Below, one piece after another: positions 19,516 through 29,931 of a DNA stretch of 64,000 nucleotides. The stretch's first letter is position 1, and each line of letters begins with the position of its first letter. A program made the position numbers and the translations under genes. The stretch comes from an uncultured Verrucomicrobiae bacterium (GTDB taxonomy: Bacteria; Verrucomicrobiota; Verrucomicrobiia; Chthoniobacterales; Chthoniobacteraceae). The stretch lies in assembly GCA_963828525.1 (NCBI GenBank), contig CAWHEP010000004.1, forward strand, positions 96,001-160,000, given 5' to 3'. The notes beneath the pieces are model-generated. The model was not told the DNA's origin, made no database searches, and saw nothing but the letters and a program-made list of their open reading frames with translations.

Positions 19516-20559
19516 TGCCTTCCTTGCTCCCAATCCCACGCCACGATCTTGCTTTCATCTCTGGCAAACGACGCGTCCGTGTAATCCTCGAAATGCGCGG
19601 TGCCCTTCAGAATGCCGCTCTCAAGCCCAAGCGCCTCGATTTCCTCGAAGTCTTTGCGGACGAGAGCAAGGTTCGTATAGGTCACTCGATCCGGAGGCTT
19701 GCTTAGCACAAAAGTGAGCAGGCGCGGATTTTGGTTGTAGTAGTTGGCGCTGACAAACTGCGCCGCCTCCATGCGGTGCTCCATTGTCTTGTCCAGCCAT
19801 TTGCCGCTGCGCGCGATGCCTTCGACAAGTTGCTCCACCACTGCCCGATGGTCGCGGATCATGTCCTCGTTCACCGCGAGAACACAAGAGATGAAGTTCG
19901 GCCACACATCCTTCGTAAGCCATAGCACTCTTCCGTAACCATCCAGTTCCGTTTGCCCCATGAACGGCTCGCCCGATGAGATAGCGTCCACCGCTTTGGC
20001 GTATAGCGCCGCTGGCATGTCAGGCGGAGGCATTTCAACCAGCTTGATGTCGTTCACGGTCATCCCGGCCTGTTTCAACGCGCGGAAAATCAGCAGCCGC
20101 TGGTTGGAGTAGCGGTTGGGCACCGCGATTCGTTTTCCACGCAAATCCTCCATGCGATGGATGTTTGAATCCTTGTGGACCATTACGGCGGAGCCGTCTC
20201 GATGCCCCAGATAGACGATCTTGATACGCACCCCTTGTTCCCGCAGGGCGATCGCCATCGGGGCAAGGATGAATGTGGCGGGAGTATAACCAGCGAGGAA
20301 AGCCTCCTTCAACTCAGGCCACGAATTAAACCGAACCGGATCGAACGTTCCAGATCCGGTCCTCTGCTTGTTGATGAAATCAGTGACCGGGCAGGTGAGG
20401 TGGCAGGTGACAGGGAGGAACCCGATCCGAAACCGGTTGGTTTTTCCGGTATCGCTCCCGCGCTTTGTCCAACAACCCGAGGTTCAATGTCGCATGCAGG
20501 AAGCTGATTACGCAGAGCCATGCAAGACCGAACAGAAGGGTGGCGCGTTTGAGAGTCAT
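19512..20559 (-). CDS. NrtA/CmpA/NMT1-like ABC substrate-binding protein (apparent indel near 20450)
   Basis: N-terminal TM MTLKRATLLFGLAWL..., then in another frame RFRIGFLPVTCHLTCPV...FNSWPELKEAF, DLRGKRIAVP, EMPPPDM. Confidence 0.85.
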
Positions 20560-20573
20560 CGCTCGTTCACCGG

Positions 20574-21116
20574 CTATGCCCACTCGATTTCAACCCGGCA
20601 GCGCTGCGAGAAACGGTCGTGGTAGAACAGTTCCTTGTTCTTGCATCCATACTCGTGCAGCAGGCGGGTCACCTTCACGTCGACGCAGCAGTATTCGGCA
20701 ATTTCGAGCATGCGACCCTCACGCCACCAGCGTATTGCCTCCAGGCCGTCCCCGCTCTTCCCCGCGCCGATGGTCGCCTTCGCAAGGGCATCCAGCTTGA
20801 GCCGGTGCCCTAGTTTCTGCTCGATGTCCACCATCAGATCCAGCGTGGGCACGTGATGCTTCAGGTCGAGGATCGTATAAGCCATCAAAACTTCGTAGTC
20901 GAAATTCACGACATTATATCCGACCACCACATCCGCCTTGAGCAACTCCTCGACAAGCCGATCCACCGTTTTCTCTGTGTAGATGCGGTACTCGCCGGAG
21001 GCCGTGCTGTAAGTGACCCCGAGCGACATGCCCATGTTCTGCTTCCGTTCCCATCCGCCCGCGTCGTTTGAGGTTCGTTGCGTTTCGAGATCGAAATAAA
21101 CGACGTTGCGGGGCAT
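20574..21116 (-). CDS. RNase_H_2/YprB-like DEDD exonuclease domain protein
   Basis: YFDLET, VVGYNVVNFDY, LKLDALA, YCCVDV (DEDDy pattern). Confidence 0.82.
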   Translation of the reverse strand: MPRNVVYFDLETQRTSNDAGGWERKQNMGMSLGVTYSTASGEYRIYTEKTVDRLVEELLKADVVVGYNVVNFDYEVLMAYTILDLKHHVPTLDLMVDIEQKLGHRLKLDALAKATIGAGKSGDGLEAIRWWREGRMLEIAEYCCVDVKVTRLLHEYGCKNKELFYHDRFSQRCRVEIEWA

Positions 21117-21136
21117 CGAATCGCAAACAAGGCTCT

Positions 21137-22009
21137 CTAGCCCATTGCTTTAATGAGCGTGTCCGCCATCGTGGCGGGCGTCTCCGCGATTGCGAACCCG
21201 GCTGCTCGCAACGCGTCGATCTTGCCCGCGGCGGTGCCTTTGCCGCCAGAGACAATCGCTCCCGCGTGCCCCATCCTTCTGCCGGGAGGCGCAGTCGCCC
21301 CGGCGATGAAAGCCGCCAGGGGCTTTTTGCAATTCGCCGCCGCCCAGTGCGCCGCCTGCTCCTCTCCATCGCCGCCGATTTCCCCGATCAGGATGATCGC
21401 TTCGGTTTCTGGATCATTGTTGAACAGTTTCAGCGCGTCCAGGTGAGACGTTCCGTTGATCGGGTCGCCGCCGATGCCAATACAAGTGGACTGGCCATGC
21501 CCCCGCGAGGTGAGTTGCCAGACCGCTTCATAAGTCAATGTGCCCGAACGCGAGATCACTCCGATCTTTCCGGGGGTGTGAATATACCCGGGCATGATTC
21601 CGATCTTGCACTGGTTCGGTGTAATGATGCCGGGGCAATTCGGACCAATCAGCCGGCTCGGCTTTCCTTCCATGGCGGCTTTCACCCGCATCATGTCCAG
21701 CACAGGAATGCCTTCTGTGATGCAGACAACCAGTTCCACCCCCGCGTCCACGGCTTCCAATATCGCGTCCGCCGCGAAGGGTGCCGGCACGAAGATCATC
21801 GTGGCGTTGCAGCCGGTCTCCCTCCGCGCTTCGAAGACAGTGTCGAATACCGGCACTTTGTCGTCGAACTTTTCTCCACCGCGCGAAGGAGTTACTCCGC
21901 TGACAACGTTTGTTCCATACTCCATGCAACTGCGAGCGTGAAAAGCGCCCGCTTTGCCTGTGATGCCTTGCACGAGCAGACGTGTGTTTTTGTTAACCAG
22001 GATTGACAT
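21137..22009 (-). CDS. sucD: succinyl-CoA ligase alpha subunit
   Basis: [40 protein letters not shown]. Confidence 0.97.
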   Translation of the reverse strand: MSILVNKNTRLLVQGITGKAGAFHARSCMEYGTNVVSGVTPSRGGEKFDDKVPVFDTVFEARRETGCNATMIFVPAPFAADAILEAVDAGVELVVCITEGIPVLDMMRVKAAMEGKPSRLIGPNCPGIITPNQCKIGIMPGYIHTPGKIGVISRSGTLTYEAVWQLTSRGHGQSTCIGIGGDPINGTSHLDALKLFNNDPETEAIILIGEIGGDGEEQAAHWAAANCKKPLAAFIAGATAPPGRRMGHAGAIVSGGKGTAAGKIDALRAAGFAIAETPATMADTLIKAMG

Positions 22010-22013
22010 AAAA

Positions 22014-23203
22014 TTACTTTCCGGTGGCGGCTTGCACAGCCTGGCGGGCGGCGTCGCCAAGATCGCTGGCGGTCAGAACCGGCAACCCCGACTCCAGAAG
22101 CAGCTTTTTGCCCTCTTCAACATTAGTGCCCTCGAGGCGGACGACCAGCGGCACAGGCAGCTTCACAACTTTGACAGCGTTGATGATTCCTTGCGCGATG
22201 ATGTCGCATTGCATGATGCCGCCAAAGATGTTCACCAGAATGGCCTTCACGTTCGGATCTGAAGCGAGGATCTTGAAGGCCTCCGTAACCTGCTGCTCGT
22301 TCGCTCCTCCTCCCACGTCCAGGAAGTTTGCCGGGGAGCCGCCATAATACTTTATGATGTCCATCGTCGCCATCGCGAGGCCGGCCCCATTCACAAGGCA
22401 GGCTATATTTCCGTCCAGGCCGATGTAGTTAAGGTTGAACCGGGAGGCGGCGACTTCACGCGCGTCTTCTTCGAGGACGTCCCGCATCGCCTGGATGTCG
22501 GGATGGCGATACAGCGCGTTGTCGTCGAAGTTGAATTTTGCATCCAGGGCCATGACTTCCCCAGCTTTCGTGACGACAAGCGGGTTAATCTCCAGCAGCG
22601 AGCAATCACTCGCAATGAAAAGATTGTAGAGGCGGTGAAGAGCTTCGTGGCTGGTTGAAGTTGGGCCGAAGTTTAGGCCGAGTTGTTTGGCGAGCTTGCG
22701 CGTCTGGTAAGGCTGAAGCCCCAATGTGGGATTCACCGGCTCCCGCAGGAGTTTCTCTGGCATTGTCCTCCGCGACAGTCTCGATGTCCATCCCGCCCTC
22801 CGTGCTGGCAATAATAAGCGGCGCGCCACTGGCCCGGTCGAGCACGATGGCGAAATACAATTCCTTCTTCGATGTCAATCGCTTCGGCGATCAGCACCTT
22901 GTTGACAACCCTCCCTTCCGCGCCTGTCTGATGCGTGATCAGCGCGTTTCCCAGCATCTTCGCCGCGATCTCCGCGGCCTCGGCGGGAGTCTTGCAAAGG
23001 TGCACACCTCCTTTGAAGCCATTGGAAAAATGCCCCTTTCCCCGCCTCCCGCGTGGATTTGTGCCTTCACCATCAGAGACGAGGCGCCGAGCGGCTTTGG
23101 CGACCGACTCGACCTCTTTTGGTGAGGAGGCGACGCCCGAGCGGGAGGTCGCAACGCCGAATTTCTGAAAAAGCTCACGGGCTTGGTATTCGTGGATATT
23201 CAT
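22014..23203 (-). CDS. sucC: succinyl-CoA ligase beta subunit (several apparent indels)
   Basis: [64 protein letters not shown] and ANFLDVGGG are spread over three frames. Confidence 0.93.
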
Positions 23204-23293
23204 GGGAGAGAAAGCTGGTCTGTAGGTTTGGCGATGTTATGTGTTTGTCATTCCATGGCAAGACTTCCTCTCAAGTGTGAGGACTCGCCCGCT

Positions 23294-23871
23294 ATGAGCC
23301 ACGCAATCCAAGGCGCGACGCGGCATCTGGACGCTGATCTGGAGCGAGTTCTTTTCGAGCGAGGAGGACATTCTCAAGCGGCTGGATGAACTCGCCGTGA
23401 GATAACCGGGGAATATAGAGGGCAGGGAACTCACCGTGGTTGCGGTGCTCAACGGGGCCTTGATATTTCGCGGCGGATTTGCTGCGCCGCATTCCGCTCC
23501 CCTTGAGACTCGATTGCATCAGTGTGGCAAGCTATCACGGGCAGGCTCAAAGCAGCGGTAGCGTAGTCTTTAATCAGACCACGCTGCCCGACATCGAGGG
23601 CCGCCACGTCCTGATCATCGATGACATACTCGACACGGGCCAGACGCTCGAAGCCGTATCCCGCAGGTTGCGCGCGGAGGGAAAACCCAAATCCATAAAA
23701 ATCTGCGTGCTTCTACGAAAGGGCAAAAACAGAGTTTGCCCGATAGATGCCGATTACGCCGCGTATGATATCGCGGATGAGTTTGTTGTCGGGTATGGAC
23801 TCGATTATGAAGAACGCTACCGCAATCTCCGATCTGTTGGAGTGCTGAAAACCGGGTTCGCCGCAGTCTGA
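23294..23871 (+). CDS. hpt: hypoxanthine phosphoribosyltransferase (several apparent indels in the 5' third)
   Basis: DLERVL, VVAVLNGAL, PRPP loop VLIIDDILDTGQT, FVVGYGLDYEERYRNL. Confidence 0.9.
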
Positions 23872-23908
23872 TTTGTTTCTCCGGCCCCTGCCGGTTACTT
23901 TTCAACGC

Positions 23909-25408
23909 ATGAACAGCACGCCAATTACGCGCCGCGACTTCCTTCGGTCCGCCGGTGGCATTACTTTCCTCGCGCTGACCCCGATTGGGCGCGGGCTCTT
24001 TGCGGCGGAGACACTGCCGGCGCTCATTCCGATTTTCACCGCGCTGCCTTACATCCAGCCGGGCGACTGTGGCGCGCTGATAGCGGGGAAAGAGAGCATG
24101 CGCCTCCTGTGGCAAACAGGTGGCACAGTGGCCGAGTTCACAGTCAGATTCGGCGAGGATAAGACCTATGAAAGGTCTGCGGAGATCGCATGGAAGGCGA
24201 GGGGAGCCTTGGGAATGGAGCCGCGCTTGAACTATTGCGCCACTATGACCGGCCTGGCTCTTGGCAAGCGCCATGAATATGAAGTGAGATGCAACGGAAC
24301 CGTCATAGCGGCGGGCTTTTTTACAACCCGGCAACCCCGGGGGCGAAGCATCCGCTTTGTTGCTTTTGGCGATAACTCTTATGGGGACATCAGCGACCGA
24401 GCTATCGCCTTCCAGGCCTACCAGGCGCATCCCGATTTCGTTATGAATACGGGGGACAACGTTTATGAGGGCGGCTTGGACAACGAATACGCGCGATATT
24501 TTTTCCCGGTGTACAACGCCGATGTCGCTGAGGCGCGTTCTGGAGCCCCCTTATTGCGCTCCGTCCCATTTTACTCGGTTCTCGCGAATCATGATGTGCA
24601 TCGGCTGAGCCCGACGGGGGGGCCCATTGCCGACTTCACACTGGATCCCGATTCGCTGGGTTACTACACGAACTTCTATTACCCAACGAACGGTCCTCAG
24701 CCGCCAAATCCCACCCCGACGGTCGGCCCTTTCGAAGCTTTCCGTCAATCGGCGGGAGAGAGATTTCCCCGCATGGCGAACTACTCATACGATTTCGGGG
24801 ACGCGCATTTCACCTGCCTTGATTCCAATCTGTATCTCAATCCGGCGGATCCGGTGCTCTTGGATTGGATCGAGAACGATCTAAAAAAAACGGATGCCAG
24901 ATGGAAGTTCGTTGTTTACCATCACCCGTGTTTCAACGTGGGCTATCAGCATTGGCGGGAACAGCAGATGCGCGCCCTCTGCCCGCTTTTGGAGAAACAG
25001 GGCGTGGACTTTGTGCTGAGCGGGCACGAGCACAACTACCAGCGGACCAGACCGCTGTTCTTTAAGCCCAAAGACACGAGTAAAGCGGGGGCTCTCGGTG
25101 AAAAAGATCGCCGTGTTCCGGGCGAGTTCATCCTGGATGGTAAGTTCGACGGGAAGGAGGAGACGTCCCCGCGTGGAATACTCTACATTACTACAGGCGC
25201 TGGCGGAAAGCGGCTGTATGACCCTGACCACAACAACAATCCCTCCAAGTGGCTGCTGGAGGATGATGGCAACGCCGAATATATTGTGAAGATGATCTCA
25301 GATCGCCACTCGTTGACAGTCTTCGACATCGACGGCCAAGCGCTCTTGATGCGTCAGATCGATGAATTCGGCAATGAGATCGACAGGATGCGAGTCACAA
25401 AGGCCTGA
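23909..25408 (+). CDS. Tat-exported purple-acid-phosphatase-like metallophosphoesterase
   Basis: TRRDFL twin-arginine signal; FGD, TGDNVY, ANHD, HHP, SGHEHNY metal motifs. Confidence 0.88.
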   Translation: MNSTPITRRDFLRSAGGITFLALTPIGRGLFAAETLPALIPIFTALPYIQPGDCGALIAGKESMRLLWQTGGTVAEFTVRFGEDKTYERSAEIAWKARGALGMEPRLNYCATMTGLALGKRHEYEVRCNGTVIAAGFFTTRQPRGRSIRFVAFGDNSYGDISDRAIAFQAYQAHPDFVMNTGDNVYEGGLDNEYARYFFPVYNADVAEARSGAPLLRSVPFYSVLANHDVHRLSPTGGPIADFTLDPDSLGYYTNFYYPTNGPQPPNPTPTVGPFEAFRQSAGERFPRMANYSYDFGDAHFTCLDSNLYLNPADPVLLDWIENDLKKTDARWKFVVYHHPCFNVGYQHWREQQMRALCPLLEKQGVDFVLSGHEHNYQRTRPLFFKPKDTSKAGALGEKDRRVPGEFILDGKFDGKEETSPRGILYITTGAGGKRLYDPDHNNNPSKWLLEDDGNAEYIVKMISDRHSLTVFDIDGQALLMRQIDEFGNEIDRMRVTKA

Positions 25409-25427
25409 TCCGGGAACGTGCCAGGGC

Positions 25428-26105
25428 TTACTGCGGCATCCACTGTGGACTGGTGGAGCCGCCACTTCCCGAGACGTAGAGGGCCCATGTCATCGCTTGC
25501 ACATGCCAATCGGCAAAGAGCGCATTGATTCGTCCCCGGTTGGCGAACTCCCCGTTGTTTGTCTTTGCGCTCAAGTTGGAAGCAGTGACGGCGGGATTCG
25601 TGGAAGCTAAATCCGGGTTGAAAGAGGGCCGCGACATCCCATCCTGGACGACGTCAGGCGAAAGGATGATGAGTGAGCTGGGATAGGTGATCCTGTCGAA
25701 GCTTCCATTGTAATTGGTGCCTGTTGTAGCGACGGCCGGGGTAAAGACCTGGCTGTTCAATCCGTAGCTTACAGGTACAACCGCGGGATCAGTCCCAGAA
25801 GTAACCGCTGACCGCCTATCAAAGGGTGAGAGCAGTACTTTCCAGGCGGGATTGTAATTCGGAAACAGAGTGGCGGGCCACGAACCGGCGCCGCCCGGAC
25901 CTGCCGGCCCAGGGAACATCTGGTTTCCATTGTCATTGAGATATGCCAGCATCGCCGTGCCCAATTGCCTCATGTTATTCGAGTCCTGAGTTGCCTTGCC
26001 GCGCTCGATCACGCCTTGGAACACCGGTAACGCGATCCCGGCCAGGATTGCTATGATCGATATGACAACTAGCAGCTCGATAAGAGTGAAAGCGCGTTTT
26101 TTCAT
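25428..26105 (-). CDS. prepilin-type N-terminal cleavage/methylation protein (H-X9-DG-CTERM-like)
   Basis: AFTLIELLVVISIIAILA; NNMRQLG; SYGLN; INALFADWHV. Confidence 0.88.
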   Translation of the reverse strand: MKKRAFTLIELLVVISIIAILAGIALPVFQGVIERGKATQDSNNMRQLGTAMLAYLNDNGNQMFPGPAGPGGAGSWPATLFPNYNPAWKVLLSPFDRRSAVTSGTDPAVVPVSYGLNSQVFTPAVATTGTNYNGSFDRITYPSSLIILSPDVVQDGMSRPSFNPDLASTNPAVTASNLSAKTNNGEFANRGRINALFADWHVQAMTWALYVSGSGGSTSPQWMPQ

Positions 26106-26285
26106 TGAACGGGAGGGAGTTAAAGGCTGAGGTAGCTTAGTGCCAAGGTGGCTAAATCACTATCGTTTTTTTTCAAAGCGCGAACTGCGCGTGTCTGGTT
26201 TAGGGGCTGCAACGCTACCGCTCTTCCTGCTCGCGATTGTTTTATTTGCGCTCCTGCTCGTTTCTCAGCAAAGTCCCCACCGTCT

Positions 26286-26501
26286 ATGAGATACCACCCT
26301 CTTCTCTTTGTCTTCGGATCGGTTCTCGCGCTCGGCGCGTGCGAGCGGCACAACGCCTCTGAATTGACGTTGATAGCGCCGCCCCAGGAGGAAATGGCAG
26401 TCGCCGCTCCCGGCCATGCCAAGAAGTCAGCCCCCGCGACCATCGGCGCGGTGACCCCCGCGCCCGCCTCGCAGTTCTTCCCCGATTCCAAGCAGCCGTG
26501 A
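26286..26501 (+). CDS. small lipoprotein
   Basis: MRYHPLLFVFGSVLALGAC lipobox; Pro/Ala-rich, ends QFFPDSKQP. Confidence 0.6.
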   Translation: MRYHPLLFVFGSVLALGACERHNASELTLIAPPQEEMAVAAPGHAKKSAPATIGAVTPAPASQFFPDSKQP

Positions 26502-26502
26502 T

Positions 26503-26895
26503 TTGACGGCGCCCCTCTTCAAGCCAGATCAGACGGGCTGGCGGAGCTTTTTTCGCGGGTTCCGCCACGCCTCACGCGGACTGCTTTACCTCATCCGTTC
26601 GCAACGCAACGCTCGGATCCATCTTCTAGCATCGCTTGGCGTGGTCATTGGCGGTTTGGCGCTGTCCGTTTCCCCGCTGGAGTGGTGCGCCCTTGTGATG
26701 GCAATAGGAGCGGTGCTTGTCGCCGAGGCCCTCAACACTTCCATCGAGCGCATCGTGGATATGCTCTCGCCTGAGATTCGGCCCCTCGCGGGTAATATCA
26801 AGGACCTTGCGGCCGCGGCGGTTCTCCTGGCGGCTTTCGCGGCCGCTACGGTAGGCGGCATGATCTTCGCGCCGAAGCTGCTTCGGCTTCTCTGA
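26503..26895 (+). CDS. dgkA: diacylglycerol/undecaprenol kinase
   Basis: SQRNARIH, EALNTSIERIVD, IKDLAAAAVL. Confidence 0.9.
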   Translation: MTAPLFKPDQTGWRSFFRGFRHASRGLLYLIRSQRNARIHLLASLGVVIGGLALSVSPLEWCALVMAIGAVLVAEALNTSIERIVDMLSPEIRPLAGNIKDLAAAAVLLAAFAAATVGGMIFAPKLLRLL

Positions 26896-26901
26896 GAATT
26901 G

Positions 26902-27432
26902 CTACCGCTGCGGAATGATCGTGCGATGAGTTTTGAGTTCGTCGTAATTGGGAAAGAAACCTTCGATCGTAAACGGTTGCCCGGCGACCATCTCGCGTGT
27001 CGGGATTGACTCAGTGTACTCCACACGCTCGCCCGGATTGATCGCAATGTAGCTCGGTTCATTTGCAAACGACTGATCTTCCGACCATTGCGTGACGAGC
27101 TTTCCGGCACTGTTCCGGACCAGGATTTCCACCCGCTGCGTGGTGGGAAATTGGAGATGGACGAAATTGCCCGACCTGTTCGTCAGTATGAGGGTCACCC
27201 GCAGTTGCCGTTGCTCGGAAAGTTTCACCGGCAGCGGATCGAGAGATATCGTTAGCGAGAATTTCCTGCCGCGCAGCGCTACTTTCTCTCCTGCGGGCGG
27301 GGCCGGATGGTGGAATATCCCAAACACCCTGCCAAAGAACCCCGGCTGAGGCGTGGGGGCCGCTGCTTCCTCCGAGGCCCATCCGGGAGTGGCGAGGCAG
27401 ATCAGCAAAATACAAAGAAAAACGCGTGACAT
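26902..27432 (-). CDS. secreted BsuPI (intracellular proteinase inhibitor)-like domain protein
   Basis: Signal peptide; LTNRS..VHLQFPTTQRVEILV...GKLVTQWSEDQSF....INPGE pattern. Confidence 0.7.
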   Translation of the reverse strand: MSRVFLCILLICLATPGWASEEAAAPTPQPGFFGRVFGIFHHPAPPAGEKVALRGRKFSLTISLDPLPVKLSEQRQLRVTLILTNRSGNFVHLQFPTTQRVEILVRNSAGKLVTQWSEDQSFANEPSYIAINPGERVEYTESIPTREMVAGQPFTIEGFFPNYDELKTHRTIIPQR

Positions 27433-27570
27433 TCTGGACGTGATTGTTAGCCGAGCGTCCGGTTCCTTGCAAACCCGAACTGACAAAGGGCGGGGAATCA
27501 ACAAACAGGTTCAGTTTTTTCAGTGGACGTGTATAACTAACTGCGCCGCTTTTGCTGCTCCCTGTTTCAC

Positions 27571-28086
27571 GTGAAACGTTCATCTTCAATTCCTCTCGCG
27601 TTCAGCCTCATTATTCCGCTGCTTCTATTCACAGGTTTTGCTTCCAAACGCCCTGAGGTGACAGTCCGCTTTTATGCCGAGGCGAATGATCGGGATAGCG
27701 ATAGCTTTTCCACAGCCGTCCATCTTGAGAATCCTCCCCGTCAGGTAGTCGTCCAGAAGGTGCCTGCCGTCTCCGAACGCGACATCGAGGCAATTTATCC
27801 CTATCGCGCCAGCGATGGAACTCTCGGATGCGCCTTTAAGCTCGATGTAGGCGGCACGGCGAAGCTGGATAGCGTGAGCGTGGAGAAGCGCGGGACTTCA
27901 CTCATCGCCGTGGTAAACGGACGGCAGGTGCTCGACATGCTCATCGACCGCCGGGTGTCCGATGGCATCATCACCATCTCACACGGTTTGACCGAGGACG
28001 AAACGAAGATGCTGATGAAGAAATATCACCCCTTCAAAAAAGAGAAGAGCCCTGCTAAAACGAATCGGCCTGACTTCAACGATTGA
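27571..28086 (+). CDS. exported protein resembling an isolated SecD/SecF P1 head subdomain
   Basis: PAVSERDI..., FKLDVGGTAKL, LIAVVNGRQV, DGIITISHGLT. Confidence 0.55.
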   Translation: MKRSSSIPLAFSLIIPLLLFTGFASKRPEVTVRFYAEANDRDSDSFSTAVHLENPPRQVVVQKVPAVSERDIEAIYPYRASDGTLGCAFKLDVGGTAKLDSVSVEKRGTSLIAVVNGRQVLDMLIDRRVSDGIITISHGLTEDETKMLMKKYHPFKKEKSPAKTNRPDFND

Positions 28087-28097
28087 GAGGCGGGTCG

Positions 28098-29351
28098 CTA
28101 AGATCCCGCTCTGCCGAGCACCAGGCAGGAGTTTATCCCGCCAAAACCAAAGGAGTTGCTGAGAGCATACCTTACACTCTGGCTGCGGCCTTTGTTTGGA
28201 ACGATGTCCAGGTCACACGCTGGATCAGGCGTCTTCCAGTTCAACGTGGGTGGTATAAAACCCTGGTCTATCGCGAGCGCGCAAATCCCCGCTTCCAATG
28301 CTCCAGTCGCTCCGAGGGGATGCGCGGTGTACGGCTTTGTGCCGCTGACCGGAGGTGTCCTGTCGCCAAAAACCGTCTTGATGCACGCGGTCTCGTTCGA
28401 GTCGTTGAGCTGGGTCGAACTGCCGTGAGCGTTGATGTAGTCAATGTCTCCCGGCGTCACCTCCGCGTCCGCCAAGGCGTGGCGCATCGCCCGGATAACT
28501 GCTTCTCCGCTCGGCAGGGGAGACGTCATATGGAACGCCTCATTATTGAGGCTATAACCAAGCACCTCAGCGTAGATGCGCGCGCCCCGCTTTTTGGCAT
28601 GCTCATACTCCTCCACGATCAGGCTCGCCGCTCCTTCTCCCATCACAAAGCCATCACGTTCCAGGTCGAACGGCCGGCAGGCAATCTTTGGGTCGCCATC
28701 GAAACGGCTCATTGTCTTAATCATGTCGAAAGCGCCATAGCTTAGCGGGCTTAGAGGCGCCTCCGCTCCGCCGGCCACCATCACGTCCGCCATGTCGTCT
28801 CGTATGTAGCGCATCGCTTCTCCCACGGAGACCGTGCCGCTCGCGCAGCTATTGGAGTTCGTTGTTCCCACGCCCTGGAAGCCGCATTCAATTGCTATAT
28901 TGGAATGAGCCGACCCTCCAAATACCTGCAACGCGAGGGTCTGGTTCACCCCGCGTGGCCCCTTATGGAGGAAGCGCAGGTGCTCGGCTTCGGCATTGGA
29001 AATTCCACCCAGCGCGGTGCCGAAGCTCACACCTGACCTGCTCGAGGGGTTTTCTCTGGAGAACGCGATGCCCGCGTCCTCCAGCGCCAGCAACGCGGAG
29101 GCGACCGCGAACTGCGCGTACCTGTCCAACCGTTTGAGGCGGTGCGGGGGGAAAAAGCGCGTTGGTTCCCAGTCCTGAATCTCCGCGCCATTGTGCGCCC
29201 GAAAGGCGCTTGTGTCGAAGCTCTTGATGATAGTCACCCCGCTCTCCTCCCTCAGAATGCCTCGCCAGAACTCCTCCCGCCCGATGCCAATGCATGAGAT
29301 TGGCCCGATGCCCGTTATCACAACGCGCCGCCGGTAGTTCGAACGGCTCAT
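28098..29351 (-). CDS. beta-ketoacyl-ACP synthase II (FabF-like ketosynthase)
   Basis: RRVVITGIG, catalytic NSCASG, INAHGSST, TAHPLGATG, SNSFGFGG. Confidence 0.92.
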   Translation of the reverse strand: MSRSNYRRRVVITGIGPISCIGIGREEFWRGILREESGVTIIKSFDTSAFRAHNGAEIQDWEPTRFFPPHRLKRLDRYAQFAVASALLALEDAGIAFSRENPSSRSGVSFGTALGGISNAEAEHLRFLHKGPRGVNQTLALQVFGGSAHSNIAIECGFQGVGTTNSNSCASGTVSVGEAMRYIRDDMADVMVAGGAEAPLSPLSYGAFDMIKTMSRFDGDPKIACRPFDLERDGFVMGEGAASLIVEEYEHAKKRGARIYAEVLGYSLNNEAFHMTSPLPSGEAVIRAMRHALADAEVTPGDIDYINAHGSSTQLNDSNETACIKTVFGDRTPPVSGTKPYTAHPLGATGALEAGICALAIDQGFIPPTLNWKTPDPACDLDIVPNKGRSQSVRYALSNSFGFGGINSCLVLGRAGS

Positions 29352-29782
29352 CTCTCCAGATGCCTCTTCATCCCGGCGAGTGTCTTGTCGGCGATTACCT
29401 TTATGAAAAACTCGCCGATGATGAGGTTGCCGAGGATGGGAGGCACAGGAAAGCGAAAATTCAGATCATGAGTTATACGCACAAGAACGCCCTCGGATGC
29501 TTCTTCAAAAGACCAGACTACAACCATCCCTTCTGTAAGACCCTTGAGGTGGTAGAAACGCACCTCCCAGCCCTCCCTGTCGATCTCCTGTTCCGAGGTC
29601 CACGCGACTGGCAGTCCAGACCGCGAGCAGCCCATCTTCACGACGTTGCGTCGAGGTCCCTTCCGAAAGTAACGAATGAAACGGTAATGGCTCAGAATCC
29701 TTGGCCATTCCTCCAGATTTGCCGCCGCCTCAAAAATCTGCTCACGGGGAGCGCGGATGATGATCGAATTAACGGTGTGCAT
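29348..29782 (-). CDS. SRPBCC/polyketide cyclase-dehydrase family protein
   Basis: MHTVNSIIIRAPREQIFEAAANLEEWPRIL...GMVVVWSF...VRITHD; stop overlaps the ketosynthase start (ATGA). Confidence 0.85.
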   Translation of the reverse strand: MHTVNSIIIRAPREQIFEAAANLEEWPRILSHYRFIRYFRKGPRRNVVKMGCSRSGLPVAWTSEQEIDREGWEVRFYHLKGLTEGMVVVWSFEEASEGVLVRITHDLNFRFPVPPILGNLIIGEFFIKVIADKTLAGMKRHLER

Positions 29783-29931
29783 TGGCATCGCACAATAAGT
29801 CAACGGTTTGAGTGGTCAAGAAGGGGACATCCCGGGCGATTTGCTCCACCGGAACTCAGCCGGGCCTTTGACCGCATGACCGTTCGGAAAAAAGATGGCC
29901 CCGCCGTTGTGTTTTCGCCACAATAGACCGT

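Noticed and set aside
21068..22006. Long antisense ORFs (also 45672-46754, 51765-52838, 54179-55120, 62918-63745)
   Set aside because: They are shadows of well-supported genes on the opposite strand, expected at high GC, and carry no motifs.
22014..23871. sucC and hpt as true pseudogenes or programmed frameshifts
   Set aside because: Motifs are intact, indels are scattered and mostly in short runs, and there is no consistent slippery site; sequencing error is more parsimonious.
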